Source: a candidate division WOR-3 bacterium | GTDB lineage: Bacteria; Hydrothermota; Tepidihabitantia; Tepidihabitantales; CAIPLT01 | Assembly: GCA_965649215.1 (NCBI GenBank) | Contig: CBFGJZ010000002.1 | Location: 103,225-140,355 of the forward strand | Direction of reading: 5' to 3' | DNA length: 37,131 nt | Shown: positions 1 to 8,671 of the stretch, piece by piece | How positions within the stretch are numbered: the stretch's first letter is position 1 | Layout of the letters: the number at the start of each line of letters is the position of its first letter | Program-made: the position numbers and the translations under genes | Notes under the pieces: generated by a model | Databases searched by the model: none | The model's input: only the letters and a program-made list of their open reading frames with translations | What the model was told of the DNA's origin: nothing

Positions 1-2
1 AA

Positions 3-743
3 GAATATTATCAAAATAAAATATCAATAATTCCTACTTTTATGGCTGCTCATGCGATACCACCAGGTATAAACAAAAATGATTACATCCGTACGATAAT
101 TAAAGAGATGATGCCAATCGTAGCGAAAGAGAAACTGGCTGTATTTTGTGATGTTTTTTGTGAAAACTTTGTCTTTACGGCCCAAGAAAGTAAAATGATT
201 CTAAAGAGTGCAAAGAAATATAATTTAATACCCAAAATCCATGCCGATGAGATAGAATCTTCGGGAGGTGCAGAAGTTGCCGGTCATGTTAAAGCAATTT
301 CAGCAGAACATCTTTTATATCCATCGGACAAAGGATTAAAGGCAATGCGAAAAAATGATGTTATTGCGGTTCTCTTACCAGGAACAAGTTTCTTTCTAAA
401 GTCAAAACAGATTCCTCCCATTGATAAAATGCGTAAATTGGGCTTGCGAATTGCATTAGGAAGTGATTTTAATCCAGGAACTTGTATGATATATCAAATG
501 CCAATTATTATCGGCTTGGGCTGTTTGTTATATAATTTATCACTAAGCGAAGCAATTCAAGCAGCTACAATTAATAGTGCCAAAGCATTAGGTTTAGCTC
601 ATAAAATTGGGAGTATTACCAAAGGAAAAGATGCGGATCTAATTATTTGTGAAATACCTAATCATAAACATTTAGTTTATCAATTTGGCACGAATGTTAT
701 AAAAATAGTCCTAAAAAAAGGAAAGGTTGTATATCAAAAATAA
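3..743 (+). CDS. hutI: Imidazolonepropionase (amidohydrolase), 5'-truncated by the window edge
   Basis: Frame is open from position 3 (EYYQNKISIIPTFMAAHA). Motifs TFxxAHA, FCDVFCE, KIHADE, SAEHL, LLPGTSF and ALGSDFNPG are characteristic of HutI. Confidence 0.92.
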   Translation, partial: EYYQNKISIIPTFMAAHAIPPGINKNDYIRTIIKEMMPIVAKEKLAVFCDVFCENFVFTAQESKMILKSAKKYNLIPKIHADEIESSGGAEVAGHVKAISAEHLLYPSDKGLKAMRKNDVIAVLLPGTSFFLKSKQIPPIDKMRKLGLRIALGSDFNPGTCMIYQMPIIIGLGCLLYNLSLSEAIQAATINSAKALGLAHKIGSITKGKDADLIICEIPNHKHLVYQFGTNVIKIVLKKGKVVYQK

Positions 744-807
744 CAGCGGTGTTAATCTCGATTACTTAGAACTAAATTATTATTAAGCAATGTATAAAGT
801 TGTGAGA

Positions 808-835
808 TTGACTTTTGTTTTTGTTTGTTTATAAT
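808..835 (+). promoter_or_regulatory. Sigma70-type promoter for ppsA
   Basis: TTGACT (808-813), 16-bp spacer, TATAAT (830-835) in the hutI-ppsA intergenic region. Confidence 0.6.
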
Positions 836-956
836 ACATCAACAAGATATGTTCAAAAACATAGAATTATCAATACTGCCAATCATTTTTGAACTTTGGA
901 CTTATTAGTATGTTGAACAAAATGAAAGGATAATAAATAAATAATCAAACTAGATT

Positions 957-3392
957 ATGGCATTAAATAATGAATGGATAAAGTGGCTAGATAATTTAAG
1001 TCTTAATGATTTGGCAAGTGTTGGCGGTAAAAATGCATCGTTAGGCGAAATGTGCTCGGCTTTAAAAAGTTATGGTATTAAAGTGCCGAGTGGTTTTGCG
1101 ATTACTACGCAGGCGTATCATCATTTTCTAGAAGTAAATGGCTTGGAGCAAAAAATATTAGCAGAACTTCATGCTTTAAAAGAAAAAAAACGGGACTTGC
1201 AATCTGTTGGTCGTTATATTCGCCATCGCATCCGTGGCGCTGAGATTCCGCATGAGTTGGAAGAGATAATTAAACAGGCATACTACGAGTTATGTCAAGA
1301 GACCAATGAAGAGGATGTTTCTGTAGCAGTTCGTTCCAGTGCCACCGCTGAAGATTTACCGGATGCTAGTTTTGCCGGTCAACAGGATACTTTCTTGAAT
1401 ATTACAGGCATTGAAGAATTATTAGAAGCAATTATAAAGTGTTTTTCTTCTTTATTCACCGATCGTGCGATTGCTTATCGTGAAAATCGTGGTTTTGACC
1501 ACAGCAAGGTGGGCATCTCGGTCGGGGTGCAAAAAATGGTGCGATCAGATTTAGCAGGTGCGGGTGTGATGTTTACTTTGGATACAGAATCAGGTTTTGA
1601 TAAGGTAGTTTTTATCTCAGCAACTTTAGGACTTGGCGAATCAATGGTTCAAGGACAAATTAATCCTGACGAGTATTATGTTTTTAAGCCATTACTTGAT
1701 GAAAATAAAAAACTATGTCCAATTATTAGAAAACATTTAGGTTCTAAAGAACAAAAGATGGTCTTTGTTGATGGCGAGAATGTTAAAACTCGTATTGTAG
1801 ACTGTCGTAAAGATGAGCGGGAAAAATATGTGCTAAATGATGATGAAATATGCAGCTTGGCAAGATGGGCAGTCATAATTGAGAATCATTATTCTTCTAA
1901 GAAAGGTAGTCATATACCCGTTGATATCGAATGGGCAAAAGACGGTAAAACAAACGAGATTTATATTGTTCAAGCCCGGCCTGAAACTGTTCATTCGCAA
2001 CGCAAAACAAATACTATTAAAGAGTATCATCTTCTTGAACGTAGTCAGGTTTTAGTTGAGGGACGCAGTGTTGGTTGTGCCATTGCAGTTGGTCGAGTTT
2101 GTAAATTGCAGAAGCCTGAAGAACAAAATCGCTTTGAAGAAGGAGCAATCTTAGTCACTGAAATGACCGATCCGAATTGGGTGCCGATTATCCGAAAAGC
2201 ATCTGCAATCGTGACAGATTCGGGAGGACGTACTTGCCATGCAGCAATTGTGGCTCGGGAATTTGGCATTCCAGCAATTGTGGGTACGACCAATGCGACA
2301 TCAGTTCTAAATGATTTGGACATTGTAACGGTATCTTGCATTGAGGGAGATATCGGTAAGGTTTATCAAGGTCGATTGAAATTTGAAATTGAAGAGATTG
2401 AAATTGATAAGATACCTCAAACTAAGACAAAGGTGATGGTAAATATTGCCGATCCTTCTCAGGCTTTTAAAATTGGCCAGATGCCAACTGATGGTGTTGG
2501 GTTAGCAAGACTTGAGTTTATTATAAATAATATCATCGGCATCCATCCTTTAGCGTTAGTTGATTTTGATATATTAACAGACGAAGCGATTAAAAATAAA
2601 ATTCGAGAAAAAGTTGGTATTTACGGAGATAAAGTAACCGATTTTTTTGTTGATAAACTTGCCGAAGGTATTGCAACGATTGCAGCCTCGTTTTATCCTA
2701 ATGATGTTATTGTACGGATGAGCGATTTTAAAACAAATGAGTATGCTGGTTTAATTGGTGGTAAACTGTACGAACCCAAAGAAGAAAATCCGATGTTAGG
2801 TTTTCGGGGGGCAAGTCGTTATTATAGTAAAGAATACCGACGAGGATTTGATTTGGAATGTCGGGCAATAAAAAAAGTACGAGAAGAAATTGGATTAGTT
2901 AATGTCATTCCCATGATTCCATTTTGTCGGACTCCTGAAGAAGGATTAAAGGTATTAGGTGTACTAAAAGAGAATGGGTTAGAGCGGGGCAAGAATAATT
3001 TGAAAGTATACATGATGTGCGAAATTCCCAGTAATGTCATCTTAGCTGAAGAGTTTGCTAAAATATTTGATGGTTTTTCAATTGGGTCTAACGATTTGAC
3101 TCAATTAATCTTAGGATTAGATCGTGATTCAGGATTAGTTGCTAATTTATTTGATGAACGCAACGAAGCAGTGAAAAGAATGATTGCTTCATTAATCCAA
3201 CGGGTTTCACCATTAGGATGTAAGATTGGTATTTGTGGACAAGCACCCTCTGATTATCCTGAATTTGTAGAATTTTTAGTTCAAGAAGGGATTGATTCAA
3301 TCTCAATTAATCCTGATAGCATTTTAACCGTAAAGAAAAAAGTCTATGAGATTGAAACCAAATTGGGTTTACATAAAAAAGATAAGAAATGA
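957..3392 (+). CDS. ppsA: Phosphoenolpyruvate synthase
   Basis: 811 aa; VGGKNASLGEM, VAVRSSATAEDLPDASFAGQQDT, phospho-His motif GGRTCHAAIVARE, EENPMLGFRGASRY, DGFSIGSNDLTQL, GICGQAPSD. Confidence 0.97.
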   Translation: MALNNEWIKWLDNLSLNDLASVGGKNASLGEMCSALKSYGIKVPSGFAITTQAYHHFLEVNGLEQKILAELHALKEKKRDLQSVGRYIRHRIRGAEIPHELEEIIKQAYYELCQETNEEDVSVAVRSSATAEDLPDASFAGQQDTFLNITGIEELLEAIIKCFSSLFTDRAIAYRENRGFDHSKVGISVGVQKMVRSDLAGAGVMFTLDTESGFDKVVFISATLGLGESMVQGQINPDEYYVFKPLLDENKKLCPIIRKHLGSKEQKMVFVDGENVKTRIVDCRKDEREKYVLNDDEICSLARWAVIIENHYSSKKGSHIPVDIEWAKDGKTNEIYIVQARPETVHSQRKTNTIKEYHLLERSQVLVEGRSVGCAIAVGRVCKLQKPEEQNRFEEGAILVTEMTDPNWVPIIRKASAIVTDSGGRTCHAAIVAREFGIPAIVGTTNATSVLNDLDIVTVSCIEGDIGKVYQGRLKFEIEEIEIDKIPQTKTKVMVNIADPSQAFKIGQMPTDGVGLARLEFIINNIIGIHPLALVDFDILTDEAIKNKIREKVGIYGDKVTDFFVDKLAEGIATIAASFYPNDVIVRMSDFKTNEYAGLIGGKLYEPKEENPMLGFRGASRYYSKEYRRGFDLECRAIKKVREEIGLVNVIPMIPFCRTPEEGLKVLGVLKENGLERGKNNLKVYMMCEIPSNVILAEEFAKIFDGFSIGSNDLTQLILGLDRDSGLVANLFDERNEAVKRMIASLIQRVSPLGCKIGICGQAPSDYPEFVEFLVQEGIDSISINPDSILTVKKKVYEIETKLGLHKKDKK

Positions 3393-3460
3393 ATATATTA
3401 AGGACCATTAAATAGAAAATATTTTGGATATGTTATACGGTTATCGATAAGGGAGTTTAT

Positions 3461-4783
3461 ATGAAGAGAAAAAAATATCGCTTAGCAATCGCAATAATTT
3501 TTTGTTTTTTTATTTTTATTGTTAATTGTCAAAACAAAGAGAACAATAAAGCGATTGCTACAGTTAATGGAGAAATTATTACCGTTACTGACTTTGTTAA
3601 TACCTTACCCGCCGGCTTTGCTTCCGATTCGGTAGAACAAAATTATCGGCAATCACTGATTGATAATTTGATTGTCAAGAAGCTTTTTGTGCAAGCAGCG
3701 AAAAAACAAGGTTTGGATCAAGAGATTCAACCGATCTTAGAACGAGACAAAAAATCAATGATGATTCGAGCCCTATACGATGATGTGGTAACTAAAAATT
3801 TAAAGATTTCTCGTCGAAAATTAAAGAAAGCTAAATCACTTTTAGCACAAGAGGTGCAACTAAAATTAATTATCACCAATGACAAAGAAAGTGCGGAGAG
3901 AGCTTATCAAGAGCTTAAGCGGGGCTTAAGCTTTGATTCGGTTGTAAAAATGTATTCAGTGGGACCAAATATTGATAGTGGCGGCGATGTTGGTTATATT
4001 CCTGTTTTATATCTTGAACCCATTTTACAGAAGGCAGTGATGAAAATGGCAATTGGTGAGTTTAGCACGCCGCTTGCGGGTGAAGAAGATTATAAAATTA
4101 TCCAGTTAGTTGGTAAACAAAAATCAGATTTGGATAAAGTTACAATTCACAAAAATGCCAAAATGTTCTTAGAACAAAATAAAAGTCGTGAGTTAGCGAA
4201 TAATTATTTAGACAGACTATTTAAGCGGTTAGAATATAATCCCGAAGGGTTAGCATTGTTTTATAAGCCAGTTGATTCAATTAGTGCCGAAGAAGGTGAA
4301 ATCTGGGTGTGCAAAAAAGATGATAAGAAAGTGGTCTACGCAAAAAATCTATTATACATCGCTCGTCAATTTCCTGTGCAGTTAGACACCGCGATGCGTA
4401 CTTATGCAATCCGTCGCGAAATTGAAGATGATTTGCTATATGAGGATGCTTTAACAAGGGGGTTAGATAAAAAGGGCAATTTTGAAAAGGAGTTCAAGGC
4501 ACGGGAAGACGATTTATTATATGAAAAATATTATTTGACAGAAATTACCCAAAAGATTGATGTAACTTCAGAAGAGATTGAACAATACTATAATACCAAT
4601 CGCGATAAATATCCGAACATGAAGTTACAAGATGCGAGCTCTTTTATTCGTCAAACCCTGCTTATCGATAAAAAACAAGCACGATATCAAATCGTCGCTG
4701 AAAGCCTAAAAGCAAATGCGACACTGGAAGTGAATCACGCATTAGTAAAAAGTGTAAAAAAACCGCAAAGTAAAAGAAAATAA
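3461..4783 (+). CDS. Parvulin/PrsA-like peptidyl-prolyl isomerase, probable lipoprotein
   Basis: Basic plus hydrophobic N-terminus ending in IVNC; 'IATVNGEIITVTDF' SurA/PrsA N-domain; 'FDSVVKMYS...GGDVGYI' parvulin-like segment. Confidence 0.75.
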   Translation: MKRKKYRLAIAIIFCFFIFIVNCQNKENNKAIATVNGEIITVTDFVNTLPAGFASDSVEQNYRQSLIDNLIVKKLFVQAAKKQGLDQEIQPILERDKKSMMIRALYDDVVTKNLKISRRKLKKAKSLLAQEVQLKLIITNDKESAERAYQELKRGLSFDSVVKMYSVGPNIDSGGDVGYIPVLYLEPILQKAVMKMAIGEFSTPLAGEEDYKIIQLVGKQKSDLDKVTIHKNAKMFLEQNKSRELANNYLDRLFKRLEYNPEGLALFYKPVDSISAEEGEIWVCKKDDKKVVYAKNLLYIARQFPVQLDTAMRTYAIRREIEDDLLYEDALTRGLDKKGNFEKEFKAREDDLLYEKYYLTEITQKIDVTSEEIEQYYNTNRDKYPNMKLQDASSFIRQTLLIDKKQARYQIVAESLKANATLEVNHALVKSVKKPQSKRK

Positions 4784-4798
4784 AAGGAGTAAAAAGAT

Positions 4799-5644
4799 AT
4801 GATGATTGATAGAGTAAAAATAAAAGTGAAGTTGGGTTGGTTATTACCGACAATCGCAATAATGCTTTTTATTACGAGTTGCCCTCGACAAGAACCAGTC
4901 TTGGCAAAAGTTGGTTCAAGTAAATTGACAAAAAAAGAACTTGCTCTGCAAATTCCGAGTGGCGTCCGATTAACACCGGAAGTAATTAATTCTTTAATTG
5001 ATAAATGGATTAATACAGAACTAATATATCAAGAAGCAAAACGGCGGGGCCTGGATAAAAACGAGACTTTACAAGTCCAGTTGAATCAGTTAGTCAAAGA
5101 ACTCATCGTCAATAAATTGTTAGAATCGGAAATGGATAAAATAAATGTCTCACGCCAAGAAATTTTTGATTATTTTACAAAACATAAAGAAGAGTTTTTA
5201 TACGAAGTAAAAATTGCACGGATTGTTTTATTGGATGAGTCATTGGCATATCGAATTCACCGTCAATTGCAAGCTGGCGCAGATTTTAATGAGATGGCGA
5301 AGAATTTTTCTCAAGATCGCGTATTAGAAAAAGGAGCTGAGTCCAAATATTTCTCCCGCGGTGTCGGTGATCCTCGAATTGGTGGTGACCCGAATTTAGA
5401 AGAAATAATTTTTGCTTTAAATAAAAATGAAATTTCAGATGTGGTGCGCACCCAGGAAGGTTATCAGATCGTTAAACTGTTAGATAAGCAAAAAGTCAAA
5501 AAAGATGTTGTGTTAGCAGATGTCGAAGAATATATTAATTCAATAATCGCCTATCGGAAAAGCCGCGAGATGTTAGATAGCATATTAGTTGGATTGAAAG
5601 CAAAAACACCAATCTCTCAGAACCCGGAAGTCTTCTTTAAATGA
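4799..5644 (+). CDS. PpiC/parvulin-type peptidyl-prolyl isomerase, probable lipoprotein
   Basis: Lipobox-like ITSC; 'VLAKVGSSKLT', 'GADFNEMAKNFSQD', 'EISDVVRTQEGYQIVKL'. SD-like AAGGAG upstream. Confidence 0.8.
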   Translation: MMIDRVKIKVKLGWLLPTIAIMLFITSCPRQEPVLAKVGSSKLTKKELALQIPSGVRLTPEVINSLIDKWINTELIYQEAKRRGLDKNETLQVQLNQLVKELIVNKLLESEMDKINVSRQEIFDYFTKHKEEFLYEVKIARIVLLDESLAYRIHRQLQAGADFNEMAKNFSQDRVLEKGAESKYFSRGVGDPRIGGDPNLEEIIFALNKNEISDVVRTQEGYQIVKLLDKQKVKKDVVLADVEEYINSIIAYRKSREMLDSILVGLKAKTPISQNPEVFFK

Positions 5645-6909
5645 AAAGAATACAACTTTTTGTTGGCTTATTACTGCTCACCCAATTTCTCTTTGGCTAC
5701 AAATTAGCAAATCGGATTGTTGCGGTGGTGGGCGATGAAATTATTTTGGCAAGTGAGCTACAAAATCAAATCGATTTTATAAAACTCCAAGAGCAAAATC
5801 CACCGCCTGATTCACAATTAGCGGAATTCGTATTAGATGAAATGATTCGTGGTCTTTTATTATTAGCCGAAGCTAAAAAAGAATCAATTGAAGTCGCTCG
5901 TTCCGAAATTGAACAAGAAGTGGATAAAAATATGGCACTTTTACGACAACGGTTCGAAAATGAAGAGCAATTTCAACAAGCATTACAAAAAGAAGGTCTG
6001 AATGAACGAATTTTACGAGAACGGTATCGGAAAGATATCCGAAAACGATTAATTACACAAAAACTCTTAGCCAAAAAGGGGTTAAGCAATATTAATGTAA
6101 CACCGGTAGAAGTATTGAAATTTTATAACGAGCATAAAGATTCAATTGCTCGTTTTCCAGGTCAAGTTGCAATCGCCCATATCCTGTTAGTGATTAAACC
6201 GTCACAAGATGCTGAATTACAAGCGCAGAAAAGAATTTCGGAGATCTATGATATTATTGTCCGGGGAGGAGATTTTGAAGAAGTTGCGAAAAGTTTCTCC
6301 GATGATAAAGTAACTAAAAATAAAGGTGGTTATTTAGGTGCGGTCAACAAAGATATGCTGCAACCCGACATCAAAGCAGTTGTCGAGATGTTGAAAACCA
6401 ATGAGATTTCACCGCCATTTCGTAGCCGTAATGGTTATGAAATCATCAAATGTATAAGTCGTAAAGGAGACAAAGTTGAATTGGCGCATATTTTAGTAAC
6501 CGTCAAAGTTACTCGTGCGGATTCGCTGCAGACTAAAAAAACTGCGGTGACATTAAAAAATCTAATCGTTAAAGGAGCCAGTTTTGACTCATTGGCAGAA
6601 ATCTATTCTGACGATCCTATGACTCGAGATAGTGGCGGTTATTTGGGCGAATTTATAATTAGTGGTTTACACGAACCATTCTATAGTGCAATCAAAGATT
6701 TGAAAACAGGGGAAATATCAGACCCAATATTATCAGAACATGGTTATCACCTTATAAAAATTATCTCAAAACAAGATGAACGAGTTTTAGATTATGAGGA
6801 GATCCAAGACCAAATTCGGAATTATCTCTTTGAACAAAAATTGCAAGAAAAGTTAATCGACTATGTAGCCGAAATTGCTAGGCGTACTTATATTGAAAAG
6901 TATCTTTAA
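5641..6909 (+). CDS. surA: SurA-like periplasmic chaperone/PPIase
   Basis: Signal peptide; 'RIVAVVGDEIILASEL' SurA N-domain; two parvulin domains (AHIL...FEEVAKSFSDD...GGYLG; AHIL...FDSLAEIYSDD...GGYLG...SEHGYHLIK). Overlaps the upstream stop codon. Confidence 0.85.
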   Translation: MKRIQLFVGLLLLTQFLFGYKLANRIVAVVGDEIILASELQNQIDFIKLQEQNPPPDSQLAEFVLDEMIRGLLLLAEAKKESIEVARSEIEQEVDKNMALLRQRFENEEQFQQALQKEGLNERILRERYRKDIRKRLITQKLLAKKGLSNINVTPVEVLKFYNEHKDSIARFPGQVAIAHILLVIKPSQDAELQAQKRISEIYDIIVRGGDFEEVAKSFSDDKVTKNKGGYLGAVNKDMLQPDIKAVVEMLKTNEISPPFRSRNGYEIIKCISRKGDKVELAHILVTVKVTRADSLQTKKTAVTLKNLIVKGASFDSLAEIYSDDPMTRDSGGYLGEFIISGLHEPFYSAIKDLKTGEISDPILSEHGYHLIKIISKQDERVLDYEEIQDQIRNYLFEQKLQEKLIDYVAEIARRTYIEKYL

Positions 6910-6936
6910 AACCACTGGGGTAAGCCAGAGTTAGTA

Positions 6937-7164
6937 TTTTATTTAGTAAATAAGATAGTATCTTACCGAGAGACCAACCAAAAAGATAAGATGGCTAATT
7001 ACCTATACTATAATTAAGTTAGTGATCACTAAGACAACAGGGGAGTTAAGTCGTTAGGCGAACAAAGAAGTGAGCCCCCAGGCGACCTATTAGGTAACCG
7101 AGATGGTGAGTTACAAGATTACGCAATAGATGATTTAGGTGTTAAATTGCACCATAAAAGCAAC
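6937..7164. repeat. Degenerate 12-bp phased tandem array A (19 units, core Y-N-A, best units GGYNACC-N5)
   Basis: In consecutive 12-mers from 6937, position 3 is a pyrimidine and position 5 is A in 19 of 19 units (e.g. ggcgaacaaaga agtgagccccca ggcgacctatta ggtaaccgagat ggtgagttacaa gattacgcaata). No ORF of 60 aa or more in the track. Confidence 0.88.
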
Positions 7165-7230
7165 CCTGGTTTTTAGAATTTTATTGAATCGTTAGATAAA
7201 ATATAAACATAAGAAAGCCTATCAAAAGTC

Positions 7231-7297
7231 TTGACATATTAGCTTTTTTTGTTAAATTTACTTATGTTAGGTTTAATCCTAAAAAGAAAGGAGGTGA
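7231..7297 (+). promoter_or_regulatory. Sigma70-type promoter and strong RBS of the 123-aa gene
   Basis: TTGACA (7231-7236), 16-bp spacer, TAAATT (7253-7258); extended Shine-Dalgarno AAGGAGGTGA (7288-7297) 5 nt before GTG 7303. Confidence 0.7.
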
Positions 7298-7302
7298 GAT
7301 AA

Positions 7303-7674
7303 GTGCCGGTAAGAAGCAGTATTAGAAGAATGCAGAAGTTAAATGCTAATTTCGACCCAGACGCAATTAGGGATTCTTTGATGCGACAGCGAGATTCGAT
7401 TTTAGAGCAACAAGCGGTAAAACAAGCCGAATTAGAAAAGATTGAAAATATGACTAAATTGCTGATCAGCGATGAAGGTGTCGGTTCTGCGTTGTTTGTT
7501 TCTTATCTAAATTATGCGCGTCAGATCTGGAAGATTAAAAATACCTTTACCAGTAAGACTTTAAAAATTGAAGCCGATATTATGCTTTATAAATGGGTGC
7601 GTCGTGGTTTAGATGAGAATATCTTAAAGCGGATTCGCAATCAAATCTTCACGCTGGATGAACCAATGCCATAG
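7303..7674 (+). CDS. Small alpha-helical protein resembling the SIRV2/Adnaviria-type major capsid (DNA-wrapping) protein
   Basis: The gene itself is well supported by its SD, promoter and downstream hairpin. The product call is by visual pattern only: basic N-terminus RSSIRRMQK, DP turn, long amphipathic helix, then GV..ALFVSYLNYARQIWK...KWVRRGLDENILKRI, parallel to the rudivirus MCP layout. Needs HMM/structure confirmation. Confidence 0.6.
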   Translation: MPVRSSIRRMQKLNANFDPDAIRDSLMRQRDSILEQQAVKQAELEKIENMTKLLISDEGVGSALFVSYLNYARQIWKIKNTFTSKTLKIEADIMLYKWVRRGLDENILKRIRNQIFTLDEPMP

Positions 7675-7718
7675 GAATTTTCTTTTCAGGACTGATTTAA
7701 AAATCTAAAATATCAACG

Positions 7719-7766
7719 AAGGGTCGCACTAATGCTCTGTTTTTTAAATATGCAGGTGCGACCTTT
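7719..7766 (+). terminator. Stem-loop after the 123-aa gene, probable terminator
   Basis: AAGGGTCGCAC (7719-7729) pairs with GTGCGACCTTT (7756-7766); large loop, weak U-tract. Confidence 0.5.
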
Positions 7767-7783
7767 AATTTAAGTAGGTTTAC

Positions 7784-7811
7784 TTGACAAACCGATAGTT
7801 TGATTTATACT
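7784..7811 (+). promoter_or_regulatory. Promoter for tRNA-Ala
   Basis: TTGACA (7784-7789), 16-bp spacer, TATACT (7806-7811). Confidence 0.65.
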
Positions 7812-7862
7812 ATTACATAAATTTAATTTTGATGTTTGAATTTTGATTTTAAATGGAAGTCT

Positions 7863-7935
7863 GGGGGTGTAGCTCAGTAGGGAGAGCACTTGCTTTGCAA
7901 GCAAGGGGTTGGCGGTTCGAATCCGCTCACCTCCA
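7863..7935 (+). tRNA. tRNA-Ala (anticodon TGC), CCA not encoded
   Basis: Acceptor stem GGGGGTG/CACCTCC with the G3:U70 Ala determinant; D arm GCTC/GAGC; anticodon arm CTTGC-TTTGCAA-GCAAG; T arm GGCGG-TTCGAAT-CCGCT. Confidence 0.97.
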
Positions 7936-7993
7936 TTTTTTATATTAAAAATTATAATTAAATACTTAATATATTATCAACCATTAAAGCCAG

Positions 7994-8632
7994 ATGTTCA
8001 GTAAAAAAGAATTAGTTAAGCAAATCAAACCTTACCAACATCATAAATTAGTTTTAGTACCAAAGCAAGCTGCACTTTTAGTTATCGATATGCAGAATGA
8101 TTTTTTGAATCCAAGATCAGTAGCTTATACTGCAAACGCAGAAGAAATTATTCCCAATCTTAAAAAACTGATTATCAATGCTCGGATATATAAAATTCCT
8201 GTAATCTTTACGGCGCATTGTCATCAAGATCCTCAAATTGACGGGGGGATGACCGCAAAATGGTGGCCAGAAATTCGCGATAAGAAAACTTTGGTTGCAG
8301 GTTCAAAAGGTTCAGAGATTATTGAAGAGTTAAAACCGTTGCCTAATGAAAAGATAATTTATAAACATCGTTATTCAGCTTTTTATAATACTGATTTAGA
8401 AATTTATTTAAGGGGTCTTAAAGTGAGTGATTTAATTATTAGCGGAATTATGACTGGCATCTGTGTTGAATCAACTGTTCGAGATGCATTCTTTCGGGAT
8501 TATCGAATTTTTGTTGTTAGCGACGCAACTGCGGCTGGTGAGCAAGAATTGCATATTAATTCGCTTAAGATAATGGCTTATGCATTTGCTTATATAACAA
8601 CGACTGATGAAATATTAGCAATGCTGAAATAA
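7994..8632 (+). CDS. Isochorismatase-family cysteine hydrolase
   Basis: ALLVIDMQNDF, KHRYSAFYNTDL and GIMTGICVESTVRDA supply the Asp-Lys-Cys triad. Confidence 0.9.
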   Translation: MFSKKELVKQIKPYQHHKLVLVPKQAALLVIDMQNDFLNPRSVAYTANAEEIIPNLKKLIINARIYKIPVIFTAHCHQDPQIDGGMTAKWWPEIRDKKTLVAGSKGSEIIEELKPLPNEKIIYKHRYSAFYNTDLEIYLRGLKVSDLIISGIMTGICVESTVRDAFFRDYRIFVVSDATAAGEQELHINSLKIMAYAFAYITTTDEILAMLK

Positions 8633-8671
8633 TTATTGACGAAAGAGTTATTTTCTTTTAGACTTGTGATT

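Noticed and set aside
3461-6909. Three tandem PPIase genes as a novelty
   Set aside because: Clusters of parvulin/SurA genes are commonplace in FCB-group bacteria.
6937-7164. 12-bp arrays as coding 4-aa repeats or CRISPR mini-arrays
   Set aside because: Stops occur in the plus-strand frames checked, no ORF spans array A in the track, and there is no constant repeat/unique spacer alternation.
6910-7935. Integrated provirus at tRNA-Ala
   Set aside because: No integrase, replication gene or duplicated tRNA 3' end (att site) is visible, and the flanks are housekeeping genes. At most a remnant or domesticated gene.
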